The notes below the pieces were generated by a model, which worked only from the letters and a program-made list of their open reading frames with translations, was not told the DNA's origin and searched no databases. DNA of 64,000 nt from Candidatus Woesearchaeota archaeon (lineage in GTDB: Archaea > Nanobdellota > Nanobdellia > Pacearchaeales > GW2011-AR1), in the NCBI GenBank assembly GCA_964608765.1, contig CAZSPD010000004.1, forward strand, positions 658 through 64,657, written 5' to 3'. Each line of letters opens with the position of its first letter. Within the stretch, counting starts at the first letter, position 1. This document shows, one piece after another, positions 1-10,357 of this stretch. Made by a program: the position numbers and the translations under genes.

Positions 1-393
1 GCTGAAGGTGGAGGAGTCGGCGATTCTTCAGATAGCAGAAATGAACAAATAAGAAATTTTGTAAAGACAAATACATTTTGTTCAACACGTCAGTGTATAT
101 TATATGATTTTGCAGATATTGAAAACTATGACCCTGATGGAAATTATTTTTTAAACAAAAGAGTGTGGGATAATTTAGATTATAATTCAGGTAATTGGGC
201 AGTAGAGTATCTTGCAAGACACCCTACTGGATTGAATTTAGAATTAACAAATCTTGTTAAAGGTTATGGATGTGCTCATTCAGATACTCCTTCTGGAGCA
301 CAATTAAACTGTGCACTTAAAGGGCAAGCTGCGTGGTATATGTTTGCTCGTATGGTTGGTTGGGATGGAGTTGAAGGACACGAGTGTAATTAA
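1..393 (+). CDS. 3' part of a secreted protein; C-terminal domain paralogous to that of 2434..4596 (SGNH-like, uncharacterised)
   Basis: Frame 1 is open from base 1 (AEGGGVGDSS...ILYDFADIENYDPDGNY...CAHS...NCALKGQAAWYMFARMVGWDG), matching LFDFADIESYDPAGNY...CAHS...NCVRKGKAFWWMMARMAGWDG in 2434..4596. Confidence 0.8.
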   Translation, partial: AEGGGVGDSSDSRNEQIRNFVKTNTFCSTRQCILYDFADIENYDPDGNYFLNKRVWDNLDYNSGNWAVEYLARHPTGLNLELTNLVKGYGCAHSDTPSGAQLNCALKGQAAWYMFARMVGWDGVEGHECN

Positions 394-429
394 TTATAAT
401 TTTTTTAAACATTAAGTAGAGATATTATT

Positions 430-648
430 TTATTCTTTTTTAGCAAAGAGTCTCATTATTCCTATAAGAACTCCTAATAAGGTTGTTGCAACAACAATCC
501 ATCCAAATATAATCATAACTAATTTGGGTATGAATTTTATTGAGAGTGTTCCGTCAATCATCCCAAATGCAACAGCTAGTGAAACAACAACTCCTGTTAA
601 CCATCCAATAAATCCAAAGAATTTTCCAAAAAAACTTTTTTCTGCCAT
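430..648 (-). CDS. Small two-TM membrane protein
   Basis: 72 aa with two hydrophobic helices; directly downstream of argS. Confidence 0.7.
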   Translation of the reverse strand: MAEKSFFGKFFGFIGWLTGVVVSLAVAFGMIDGTLSIKFIPKLVMIIFGWIVVATTLLGVLIGIMRLFAKKE

Positions 649-657
649 TTTACTTAA

Positions 658-2382
658 TCACATTTTTTCCATAGGCTGAATTCCCATAAGTAAAAGAGAA
701 TCTCCTAATATTTTTTTAAATGAAGTTACTAAACTTACTCTAAAAGATTGTTTTTCTGAACCTACTACAGGACAGGTGTGGTAGAATTCATTAAATATTT
801 TAGATAGTTGGTAAGAGTAATTTGCAATTATAGATGGATTAAGTTCATCAAATGCTTTTTTTACTATTGTTTTAAAATCAGAAAGTTTTTTTGCTAGTTC
901 AACTTCTTTAATCTCAACTTCTTTTAGTTCTTGATTTGAAGAGATGTCTGTATTTTTTAATTTAGAAAGAATACTGCATGCTCGTGCATAACTGTATAAT
1001 AAATAAGGTCCTGTTTCTCCTTCAAAATCTATTGATTCTTTAGGATTAAATGTCATGTCTTTTTTTGTGTCTACTCTTAGAAGGATGTATTTTATTGCAG
1101 CAAGAGTTATGTTGAGGCTTTTTTCTTCAAGTTGTTTTTCTGATAATTTACCTCGAGATTTTAATTCTTTTTTAACTAGCTTTTGTATTTCTTCAATTAA
1201 ATCATCTGCATCTACAATTGTTCCTTCTCTTGATTTCATTCTTCCTTCAGGAAGGTTTACTAAACCATACGAGAGATGCTTTAAGTCATTTGTATTAAAT
1301 CCTAATTTATTTAAAAGAGTAAATAAAATTTGAAAGTGATGATTTTGTTCATTGCCTACAACATAAATTGATTTATCTACTTTGTAAGATTTCTTTTTTA
1401 ATTTAGCTAAGTATAAATCCTGAGTCATATAAATTGAAGTTCCGTCGCTTCTTAAGAGGACTTTTTCTCCAAATCCTTGTTCTTTTAAATCTGCTATTAT
1501 TGAACCATCTTCTTTTTTTGTGAAAATTTTGTCTTTAACACCTTGAAGTACAATATCTTTTCCATTTTTGTAAATTTCACTTTCAAAGAATTCTACATCG
1601 TGTTTTACTTGGAATTTTTTGTAAGTTTCTTTAAACCCATCTAAAGCCCACTTATTCATTTTTTTCCAAAGTGCTAGAGTTTTTTTATCGCCTTCTTCCC
1701 ATTTTTGTAATAGTTTTTGAGATTCTAATTCTAATCCAGGATTTTTCTCCAGGTTTTTATTGAACATAACATAAAAATCACCTACAAAATGGTCAGACTT
1801 TTGTTTTTTAGTGTCTGGTTTTTTATCTTTTCCAAAAAAACTGTAAGCAGCCATTGACTTACATATGTGTATTCCTCTATCATTGTTTAAATTAGCTCTA
1901 ATTACATGTTCTCCTGCAAATTCAGATATTCTTGAGATACTTTCTCCAATAGTTATGTTTCTTAGATGTCCAAGGTGTAAAGGTTTGTTTGTATTTGGAG
2001 AAGGAAATTCAACCATTGTTGTTTTTCCTGCATAATCAGAATTAAACTTTCCATAAGGTTCTTTAGAGAAGAGTATATCGCTTACAATGCTTAATACTTC
2101 TTTTTTCCTATTTAAGAAGAAATTTAGATAGGGTCCTTGTGTCTGAATATCTTCAAATTCTTCAGGTATTTTTTTTATATCTGCTCTTAAATTAAGTGCA
2201 ACTTCACTTGGGTTTAGTTTTATTTTAGAGGCTATGTAAAAACATGGGAAAGCATAATCACCCATATCTACAGATGGGGGTGTTTCAATTAATTGTTCTA
2301 TTTCTTCTTTTTTTATAGATAATCCTTGTTTTTTAATTAGAGGCATCAATATTTCTGAAATCACTTCTTTCATATGAGACAA
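658..2382 (-). CDS. argS: Arginine--tRNA ligase
   Basis: GDYAFPCF N-domain, EFPSPNTNKPLHLGHLRN (HIGH), RMKSREG (KMSKS-like), GETGPYLLYSYAR. Confidence 0.97.
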   Translation of the reverse strand: MSHMKEVISEILMPLIKKQGLSIKKEEIEQLIETPPSVDMGDYAFPCFYIASKIKLNPSEVALNLRADIKKIPEEFEDIQTQGPYLNFFLNRKKEVLSIVSDILFSKEPYGKFNSDYAGKTTMVEFPSPNTNKPLHLGHLRNITIGESISRISEFAGEHVIRANLNNDRGIHICKSMAAYSFFGKDKKPDTKKQKSDHFVGDFYVMFNKNLEKNPGLELESQKLLQKWEEGDKKTLALWKKMNKWALDGFKETYKKFQVKHDVEFFESEIYKNGKDIVLQGVKDKIFTKKEDGSIIADLKEQGFGEKVLLRSDGTSIYMTQDLYLAKLKKKSYKVDKSIYVVGNEQNHHFQILFTLLNKLGFNTNDLKHLSYGLVNLPEGRMKSREGTIVDADDLIEEIQKLVKKELKSRGKLSEKQLEEKSLNITLAAIKYILLRVDTKKDMTFNPKESIDFEGETGPYLLYSYARACSILSKLKNTDISSNQELKEVEIKEVELAKKLSDFKTIVKKAFDELNPSIIANYSYQLSKIFNEFYHTCPVVGSEKQSFRVSLVTSFKKILGDSLLLMGIQPMEKM

Positions 2383-2433
2383 AGAAATCTTAAATTAATA
2401 AATCTTTTTAAACGCTAAATCCTTAAACTATTC

Positions 2434-4596
2434 ATGCAAAAAAAAGGTGAGACGTCAAGATTAACCATTAATCTTTTAATTGGATTTTTAATTTTGGCTT
2501 TAGCAGTTATTATTTTTATTATAGTTAGAGGATATATGAATGATTCTAAACAAGAAGTATTGAGTGAAGAAAATCTTGATTTTAAAATCTCTCAAGTAAA
2601 ACAAATTGATGAGGATACTTTAATTGTTACTGTTATAAGAAATACAGGTGAAGGAAATTTTGAGGGTTTAAGTTTTTTAATTAGTGATGGAAATATGACT
2701 GAAATAATAAAAGTTAATACTTCTATGCAAGAAAATGAATCTGAAGAATTTTCAATTGGTGTTACTCAAATGAATGTTTCAAAAATAAAGATTATCTCTA
2801 TTTCACCTGTTTATATTGATGAAGAAGGTTTGAAAGTTACTGGAGGTGTTAAAGATGAATATATTACACCTAATGTTTGTTCAACTTACTGTCCTCCTGA
2901 TGCACAGTGTGGAGTTAGTGGATGTGGATTACCTTGTGGAAATGGGTGTGCTAAAGGATATTTTTGTTTAAATTATAAATGTATTAGGGAGAAAACTTCT
3001 TCAGGTGGAGGTGGAGGAGGAAGTGGTGGAAGTGGAGGTTCAACTTGTACTGATACATGTTCTTCTTTAAAATACAATTGTGGAACTCATACAATATGTG
3101 GAAAAAGTGTAAGTTGTGGAACATGTCAATCAGGTTATAATTGTGAAACAAATGGAACTTGTGTGAAAGACACTACATGTGTTCCTAAAACTTGCCAGGG
3201 ATTAGGAAGGGTGTGTGGAGAAGCTCCTGATGAATGTGGCGGAACATTAGATTGTGGAATATGTCAAACAGGATATAATTGTAATTCAAATGGAAGTTGT
3301 ACACAAATACCTTGTACTGATACATGCTCTTCATTGAAGTATGTTTGTGGTAATCAAAGTATTTGCGGTATAATTCAAAATTGTGGAACATGTCAAACAG
3401 GTTATACTTGTAATTCAAGTGGAATGTGTGAATGTAAACCTGAATCTAATAGCGAATTTTGTTCGAGATTAGGTAAAAATTGTGGAAGAGTTACAGGAAC
3501 AGATAATTGCGGAAAATCTAAAACAGTTCAAAATTGTGGAACATGTACTACTCCTGAAACATGTGGAGGAGGAGGTACAGCAAATGTGTGTGGGTGTACT
3601 CCTACAACATGTTCAGAATTAGGTAGAAATTGTGGAACAGTTTCAAATGGGTGTGGTGGAACATTAACTTGTGGGAGTTATGGAGGTGGATGTCAAACTG
3701 GTTATTCTTGTGCAGCAAATGGAACGTGTGTGAAAGATTGTGTTCCAAATTGTGCAGGTAAACAATGTGGAGATAATGGATGTGGTGGGAGTTGTGGAAT
3801 ATGTTCATCAGGATATTCTTGTGCAGCTAATGGAACATGTGTAAAGAGTGGAGGAGGATCAACGCCTACTGGAGCAATTATTGCAGACCACAATGCAGCT
3901 AATGATTTTGATATAATTCCTGCTTGTTGGATAACTGAGGCAAAGAGATTATTTAAGATAACATACCATCATACTTCTCATGGTTCACAAATACCTTCTG
4001 GAATGGAATATTTAGTAGAAAGTGTGAATCCAACATTATATTCTTACAGCTCACTCCTTACTGATAACTATGATACTGATTTGGGGAATGGAAATTGGAA
4101 ATCAATTACAATTTCTGATTTAAATAATAAACCTTCTCTTAACACTGCAATGTGGTCGTGGTGTGGACAAGCTGGAGGATATACTACAAATTCTTCAATG
4201 TACAGTCATTATCTTGGACCTGCAGAAAATTTAGTGAGTACTAGAGGTATATACTTTATTTATATGACAGGACATCTTGAGGGAACAGGGCCTTCAGGTG
4301 ATTTATACAAGGCAAATAACATAATAAGACAGCATGTTCAGAATATAGGGGGAGTGTTATTTGATTTTGCAGATATAGAAAGTTATGACCCTGCTGGAAA
4401 TTATGATCCAAATGGAAGCGATGAATGTGAGTGGTGTTATACTTGGTGTAGTAATCATCCTTCAGACTGTTATAATTTAAATATTGGGTGTGCACACTCT
4501 CATCCATTTAATTGTGTCAGAAAAGGAAAAGCATTTTGGTGGATGATGGCTAGAATGGCTGGGTGGGACGGAACAGCAGGTGCGTCTTGTCCTTAA
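2434..4596 (+). CDS. Surface protein: class III-like signal/TM, Ig-like domain, Cys-rich stalk, SGNH-like tip domain
   Basis: MQKKG|ETSRLTINLLIGFLILALAVIIF; repeated CGxCxxGYxCxxNGxC modules; C-terminal HTSHGSQ...CAHS domain. Confidence 0.75.
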   Translation: MQKKGETSRLTINLLIGFLILALAVIIFIIVRGYMNDSKQEVLSEENLDFKISQVKQIDEDTLIVTVIRNTGEGNFEGLSFLISDGNMTEIIKVNTSMQENESEEFSIGVTQMNVSKIKIISISPVYIDEEGLKVTGGVKDEYITPNVCSTYCPPDAQCGVSGCGLPCGNGCAKGYFCLNYKCIREKTSSGGGGGGSGGSGGSTCTDTCSSLKYNCGTHTICGKSVSCGTCQSGYNCETNGTCVKDTTCVPKTCQGLGRVCGEAPDECGGTLDCGICQTGYNCNSNGSCTQIPCTDTCSSLKYVCGNQSICGIIQNCGTCQTGYTCNSSGMCECKPESNSEFCSRLGKNCGRVTGTDNCGKSKTVQNCGTCTTPETCGGGGTANVCGCTPTTCSELGRNCGTVSNGCGGTLTCGSYGGGCQTGYSCAANGTCVKDCVPNCAGKQCGDNGCGGSCGICSSGYSCAANGTCVKSGGGSTPTGAIIADHNAANDFDIIPACWITEAKRLFKITYHHTSHGSQIPSGMEYLVESVNPTLYSYSSLLTDNYDTDLGNGNWKSITISDLNNKPSLNTAMWSWCGQAGGYTTNSSMYSHYLGPAENLVSTRGIYFIYMTGHLEGTGPSGDLYKANNIIRQHVQNIGGVLFDFADIESYDPAGNYDPNGSDECEWCYTWCSNHPSDCYNLNIGCAHSHPFNCVRKGKAFWWMMARMAGWDGTAGASCP

Positions 4597-4659
4597 ACGA
4601 ATCTTAAAATAATTTTATCTAATGATAATTCTTTTAAACACTAAATTCTTATATTGTTT

Positions 4660-7600
4660 ATGCAAAAAAAGGGTGAAATGTCAAGATTAACAATTAATCT
4701 TTTAATTGGATTTTTAATTTTGGCTTTAGCAGTTATTATTTTTATTATAGTTAGGGGTTATACTCAGGAAACTAAGCATGAGGTGCTTAGTGATGATGAT
4801 ATTGATTTGAAAATTTCACAAGTAAAGCAAATTGATGATAGTAATTTAGGTTTAACATTGAGGAGAAACTTTGGAGAAGGGAGTTTTAGTGGTTTAAGTT
4901 TTATAGTTTATGATGGTGTAAATCTTGAAATAATAAAATTAGATGCATTTATTGAAGAGAATGATTCTGAAGAATTATCACTTTATTTTAATCAGGTTAA
5001 TGCTTCGAGAATAAAAAGTATTTCTGTTTCTACAATTTATACTAATGAAGAAGGTTTGAAAGTTACTGGAGGTGTTAAAGATGAATACATTACACCTGAC
5101 ACTTGTTCAAATTACTGTCCTCCTAATGCACAGTGTGGAATTACTGGATGTGGATTATTTTGTGGGAGTGAAGATGGAAAATGTAAAAGCGGTTATTCGT
5201 GTGTGAATTATAAATGTGTTAAAGATAAATCATCTTCAGGAAGTGGAGATAGTGGTGGAGGTTCAACTACTCCTTGTACTGATACATGTAATTCACTAGG
5301 ATATAGGTGTGGAACTTATACAATTTGTGAAAAAAGTGTAAAATGTGGAGAGTGTGGTAATGGTTATACTTGTAATGATAAGGGAGTGTGTGTTGAAATA
5401 CCGATAAATTGTGAGGATAGTTGTTCTTCATTAGGTTATGAATGTGGATTCCATGATGTTTGTGGAATTTCAACTAATTGTAATGAGTGTTCAGTAGGAT
5501 ATGAATGTAATTCAACTGGTAAGTGCGTATGTAAATCTGAATCTAATAGTGAATTTTGTACAAGATTAGCAAGACAGTGTGGAAGTGTTACAGCTAATGA
5601 TAATTGTGGCACCTCAAGAACAGTAAATTGTGGAACATGTCAATCAGGTTATAATTGTGATAGTAGTGGGCTTTGTATAGCTGAACAGTGTGTTCCTGAA
5701 TCTAATAGTGCATTTTGTTTGAGATTAGGTAAAAATTGTGGAAGTGTTACAGCTTTGAATAATTGCGGTAATTCAAAAACAGTAAATTGCGGGTCTTGTT
5801 CTTCACCTCTAACTTGCGGGGGAGGTGGAACAGCAAATGTGTGTGGATGTACTGTTTCAAGTTATACTCCTGCATTAAATACATTCTGTGGTTCAAGAAG
5901 TGTTACAACAAATTGTGGAACAACAATTACTATGCCAGGAACACTAACATGTCAAACAGGATATTCTTGCGCAGCAAATGGGTCTTGTGTAAAAGATAGT
6001 GCTGATTGTATTGCTTCAACATCTTGTAGTTCTTTTGGAAAAAATTGTGGGACAATTTCAAATGGGTGTTCAGGAACATTAAATTGTGGAACATGTTCAA
6101 CAGGAAAAACTTGTTTTAATAATGTGTGTGTTAATAGTAATGAGGTAGGGGATTTAAATGTTCAACAGCAAAATTCAGATTGTGGGGATATTTTAGATTA
6201 TCAGTGTGGTATAAGAACAATATGTGATAAAAATGTTGATTTTGGAAATTGCCCTTCTGGATATATTTGTAATAATAATTTATGTATTGCATCTGATTCT
6301 AAGAGTTGTAATGGTGTTGTTTGTCCTTCTGGAGAGTATTGTTCTCATGGAGTGTGTTTGTTGAGTGTTTCAGGCAATACTTATTTTGTTGCAACTTGGG
6401 GTAAAGATAGTAATTCAGGAACATTTGAGCAACCTTTCTATAGTTGGCAGAAAGTAGTTAGTGTGTTAAAAGCAGGTGATATAGCTTACTTTAGAGGCGG
6501 AATTTGGCAACCTATAATACCTGAAGGAACTCATGGAAGTAATCTTGTTATGAGTATTTGGGGGCCTAGAGGATATAATAATGGTAAGAGTGGGACTGCT
6601 AGTAAGCCAATAAGATATTATAATTATCCTGGAGAAAGACCAATATATGATGGACAGTTTGTTGGAATTGATAGTGCAGGTTGGGGTGGAGGAATTAGTA
6701 TGGGAGATATACAGTATGTGTATCTTAGAGGTTTAACAGTAAGGAATGTGCATCAAAGTCCACCTAATCCTGCAAGAACAGGGAAACCTAATTCAGAAGT
6801 TAGTGGAATTAGTTGTGCTCAGTGTGCAAATATGATATATGAAAACCTTGTTGTACATGATATTGATGGAAGAGGGTTCCAACACTGGAGTGGAGCATGG
6901 GCAGAGTATGATGCCCAGTATGCTGTGAGTCTTGGATATGGCTATACAGCTCCTTATTATGAATCAGATAATACTGTTTGGATAAATTGTGATGCATATA
7001 ATCTGTATGATAGATATTCACTTGAACCTGGAAATGCTGCAGATGGATGGAAAGTTGAAACTTATTATGTTGGGAACTTTAATTGGATAAATTGTAGAGC
7101 ATTTAATTATTCTGATGATGGATTTGATCCTCATGGTTCAGGAAAAAGAGTGTTTGATGGGTGCTGGGCAATACCTAATACAAGGTATGATGAGATATCT
7201 AGCTCGTGGAATAATGAATTAAATGGATTTAAAATGACTGGTGTAATTCCAGAGACTGTTCCAAATTACAGAGTGGGTGGGGAAAATTTAGTTATTGTAA
7301 AGAATTCTATAGCTGCTGAGTGTGGATGGACTGGAATTTTGAATAATATTTTAGTCAATTATGTTGATCAGTGGCCAAATAATGGATTACTTTATAATAA
7401 TTTTGTATATAGAAGTGGAATAGGATATTCTGACTCTAATGCTTCTGTTTATTATAATAATATTGTTTATGATAGTCAGTTAAGAGATCCTACTGGGAAA
7501 AAATATGAGGTTTCATTGTATAATGCGTGGATTCAAGGAAGCCATAATACTTGGATATTTCATCCTTATTCAGGTGATTGGTGGTGGAATTATAATCCAA

Positions 7601-7845
7601 CATATACTGTAAACAATGCTGATTTTGTAAGTTTAGATATTTATGAATTAATGAAACCAAGAAAAGCAGATTTCAGTTTACCTGATGTGAATTTTGGTAA
7701 ATTAAAACAAGGAAGTGATTTAATTAATGCAGGAACTGTTGTGCAAGGATATCACTGTGCAACTTCAGGAGCACATCCAGGACAAAACTGTAGAGAATGG
7801 TATGGTTCAGCACCTGATTTAGGTCCTTTTGAAAGTAATTATTGA
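4660..7845 (+). CDS. Surface protein: same N-terminus as 2434..4596, Cys-rich stalk, right-handed beta-helix (PL9 pectate-lyase-like) tip
   Basis: ATG at 4660 aligns with the paralog start; YFVATWGKDSNSGTFEQPF, GDIAYFRGG, NAADGWK, SDDGFD, NGFKM, GSAPDLGPFE. Confidence 0.8.
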   Translation: MQKKGEMSRLTINLLIGFLILALAVIIFIIVRGYTQETKHEVLSDDDIDLKISQVKQIDDSNLGLTLRRNFGEGSFSGLSFIVYDGVNLEIIKLDAFIEENDSEELSLYFNQVNASRIKSISVSTIYTNEEGLKVTGGVKDEYITPDTCSNYCPPNAQCGITGCGLFCGSEDGKCKSGYSCVNYKCVKDKSSSGSGDSGGGSTTPCTDTCNSLGYRCGTYTICEKSVKCGECGNGYTCNDKGVCVEIPINCEDSCSSLGYECGFHDVCGISTNCNECSVGYECNSTGKCVCKSESNSEFCTRLARQCGSVTANDNCGTSRTVNCGTCQSGYNCDSSGLCIAEQCVPESNSAFCLRLGKNCGSVTALNNCGNSKTVNCGSCSSPLTCGGGGTANVCGCTVSSYTPALNTFCGSRSVTTNCGTTITMPGTLTCQTGYSCAANGSCVKDSADCIASTSCSSFGKNCGTISNGCSGTLNCGTCSTGKTCFNNVCVNSNEVGDLNVQQQNSDCGDILDYQCGIRTICDKNVDFGNCPSGYICNNNLCIASDSKSCNGVVCPSGEYCSHGVCLLSVSGNTYFVATWGKDSNSGTFEQPFYSWQKVVSVLKAGDIAYFRGGIWQPIIPEGTHGSNLVMSIWGPRGYNNGKSGTASKPIRYYNYPGERPIYDGQFVGIDSAGWGGGISMGDIQYVYLRGLTVRNVHQSPPNPARTGKPNSEVSGISCAQCANMIYENLVVHDIDGRGFQHWSGAWAEYDAQYAVSLGYGYTAPYYESDNTVWINCDAYNLYDRYSLEPGNAADGWKVETYYVGNFNWINCRAFNYSDDGFDPHGSGKRVFDGCWAIPNTRYDEISSSWNNELNGFKMTGVIPETVPNYRVGGENLVIVKNSIAAECGWTGILNNILVNYVDQWPNNGLLYNNFVYRSGIGYSDSNASVYYNNIVYDSQLRDPTGKKYEVSLYNAWIQGSHNTWIFHPYSGDWWWNYNPTYTVNNADFVSLDIYELMKPRKADFSLPDVNFGKLKQGSDLINAGTVVQGYHCATSGAHPGQNCREWYGSAPDLGPFESNY

Positions 7846-7901
7846 GAAGCGTAATCTTATTTTGAAAAACATGCATTTATAATAGCTTTATATTTGAATA
7901 A

Positions 7902-8102
7902 ATGATGGCAGAAGAAAAAAAGAAATCTCCAGGAATTTCTAAAGATATTGAAATTGGGTTTCATCAGGGTTCTTTAAATACCTTGATAAATGAAAGAAAT
8001 GAGCTGATTAAAATGATTCAGCAGACTGAGAAAGTTATGCAGGCTCATATAAAAAGATTAGAAGAGCTTGGAGTAAAAGTTAAGACAAAGAAAGACGAAT
8101 AA
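7902..8102 (+). CDS. Small coiled-coil hypothetical protein
   Basis: 66-aa charged helical ORF filling the intergenic gap. Confidence 0.65.
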   Translation: MMAEEKKKSPGISKDIEIGFHQGSLNTLINERNELIKMIQQTEKVMQAHIKRLEELGVKVKTKKDE

Positions 8103-8118
8103 ATCAATTGTTAAATTC

Positions 8119-8991
8119 TTAAGGAGTAGGTGCTGCTGCTGGGCTTCCAAGGATAATGTTTGCTCCTGCAGATACTACGAATGAGATTAACATTAATGCG
8201 AAAGAGTGTTTTATTCCTGATTTAATTCCTCCTTCTCCTAATTTACCAACAGTTAATCCTGTGAAGAAACCTTGTATTAATAATAAATAGAAGAATGAAT
8301 CAGAGATATCTCCTTCATCTACTGAACCTGCAGAAACACCTATATTTCCAATTCCACCTCCTATACCTGCACTTCCTAAATCAGACATTCCAGATACCAT
8401 TGGAATGATTTGATATTGCATTATTAAGATGATTATCATAAATACAAAGAAGATTATGTATCCTTGAACAACAAGTGCTGAGATTGCAGCTTTTCTTTCT
8501 TTCTTTAGTTTGTCTGAGATATTAACTGCTTCTGCTACTGCTTCAAGTATTTCTCCTATATCTCCTCCAGCCCTCTCAGCTTGTCCTATTAAGATAATTG
8601 TTCTTGAGACTGTTTGATTATTTACATCTTTAGCAAATGTTTGAAGTGCTATATTTAGTGGAATTCCAAGAGAAATCTGGTTAGCGAGTTTTTTTACATA
8701 TACTCCTAGTGCTCCAAATGATTTATCTTTAAGATTAATTATACTTTTACTGATAGGTGTTCCTGTTTTAACACTCTCTACTAAATTTCTTGTAAACTCT
8801 AGGAACATTTCTTCTTTTTCAGTTTCTTCTCTAGTTTCATTTATAAGAGAAATTACAAATGGAAGAATACCTGAAATAACACCTATACCTATAATGAGGA
8901 AAAATAATTTAGTATCTTTGAATAAGAATGAAAGTCCAACTATTAATATTGCTGCTGCAAGTCCAATGTAGTGTGTTTTCTTTATTTCCAT
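8119..8991 (-). CDS. Type II secretion system F-domain platform protein (TadC/FlaJ-like)
   Basis: EMFLEFTRNLVESVKTGTPI, AERAGGDIGEILEAVA, several TM helices. Confidence 0.88.
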   Translation of the reverse strand: MEIKKTHYIGLAAAILIVGLSFLFKDTKLFFLIIGIGVISGILPFVISLINETREETEKEEMFLEFTRNLVESVKTGTPISKSIINLKDKSFGALGVYVKKLANQISLGIPLNIALQTFAKDVNNQTVSRTIILIGQAERAGGDIGEILEAVAEAVNISDKLKKERKAAISALVVQGYIIFFVFMIIILIMQYQIIPMVSGMSDLGSAGIGGGIGNIGVSAGSVDEGDISDSFFYLLLIQGFFTGLTVGKLGEGGIKSGIKHSFALMLISFVVSAGANIILGSPAAAPTP

Positions 8992-8992
8992 T

Positions 8993-10357
8993 TTATTTCC
9001 TTGCTTGTAATACTCCTAAAAATACAATATTTATTAGAGTTACTGCTCCTACCATTACTATTGTTATCATTTTAGTACTCATTGAAAGCCCTAATCCACT
9101 TATCTTCATCATCATTAATAATATCATAAGTATCATAGGTGCTGCAATTACTAAACTTATATACATGTCCATAAATGTTTCAGCTGATTTTGTTTTCTTT
9201 TCTTGGTCAAGTCTGTTTTCAAATAATAGTGTTTGAGATCTTTTGTCAAAGAAATCAGAAAGATTTCCTCCTGAATTGATTGTTGTTGCAAGTCCATTAA
9301 ATAATTCTGCAAGTTTTTTACTTGGGCTATTGTATGCAACATTTCTAAGTGCACTTACTAAATCATATCCATATAAGTTGATTTCATTTGTTATTTTATT
9401 GAATTCTTTTTCAAGGTAAGGATATTCTTTTGTTACAACCATAATTGAGAATATCTTACTTGGGTCAACCATTGAACCAGATATTGCTGACATGTGTATT
9501 GTAGCAAAGGGAAGTTCATCATTTATTCTTGATTCACTCACACCTTTTTCTAGACTTGGATAAAAGAACATAAAAATAAATGTTAGAACTGGGGAAAGTA
9601 TTAAGATAAGAACAGAGATAAGAAGCCTCGAGCCAATTGTACCAGTTGCTTTGAAAATTATTGGTAAATCTGCACTTATTCTAAAAAAGAAGAAAAATAT
9701 TGCAATTAAAAGTCCTACTCCTAAAGCAACAAGTGTTGAAAGGAAAATTGTTGAGATATATGCTTTAGAAGTGAATTGAAGATTTGCTTTAACTAAGTCT
9801 CTCTCCATTGTATAGAATGTTTTTTCATCCATTATCTTCCTTGAAAGGTTTCCAAACATTTTATTTGCTGTTTGAACATATATACTCCCTTTTTTCTCTA
9901 CTTTTTTCTCTACTTTTTTGTCTTTTGTCTTCATTCTTTGAATAGTTAATTTTTCTAATTTTGTGGGTTTAAGGTCTTTAAGTGTGTATGCTTCTTTTTT
10001 AGGACCTGTATGGTATTTTTCTAAATTTTGAAGGCTCTTTTCAAGTGCAATTTTTTCTTCCATTCTTTTTGCAGCTTCTGTGAAATCTTCTTTTACACTT
10101 GCTATATTTTCCTTTGGTTCAATTCCTCTAGAACCTGGAACTCTTAGAAGGTTTATTTTCTCGAGTATAGGAGGTACTTCTTCATTTATTTTTTTGAGAT
10201 TTTGTTGTAATAATGCAATTTGAGAATCAATTATTCTTTGCTCTGCAACATCTGCATTTCTCATATAATTTCCAAGAGCTGTAATTTCTTTGCAAATCTT
10301 CTTTTCTTTAACAATTATTTCTTTAAGTTTTTGAAATTCTTCTGCATTTAAACTCAT
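8993..10357 (-). CDS. Type II secretion system F-domain platform protein (TadB/TadC-like)
   Basis: RINDELPFATIHMSAISGS, INSGGNLSDFF, C-terminal TMs. Confidence 0.88.
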   Translation of the reverse strand: MSLNAEEFQKLKEIIVKEKKICKEITALGNYMRNADVAEQRIIDSQIALLQQNLKKINEEVPPILEKINLLRVPGSRGIEPKENIASVKEDFTEAAKRMEEKIALEKSLQNLEKYHTGPKKEAYTLKDLKPTKLEKLTIQRMKTKDKKVEKKVEKKGSIYVQTANKMFGNLSRKIMDEKTFYTMERDLVKANLQFTSKAYISTIFLSTLVALGVGLLIAIFFFFFRISADLPIIFKATGTIGSRLLISVLILILSPVLTFIFMFFYPSLEKGVSESRINDELPFATIHMSAISGSMVDPSKIFSIMVVTKEYPYLEKEFNKITNEINLYGYDLVSALRNVAYNSPSKKLAELFNGLATTINSGGNLSDFFDKRSQTLLFENRLDQEKKTKSAETFMDMYISLVIAAPMILMILLMMMKISGLGLSMSTKMITIVMVGAVTLINIVFLGVLQARK

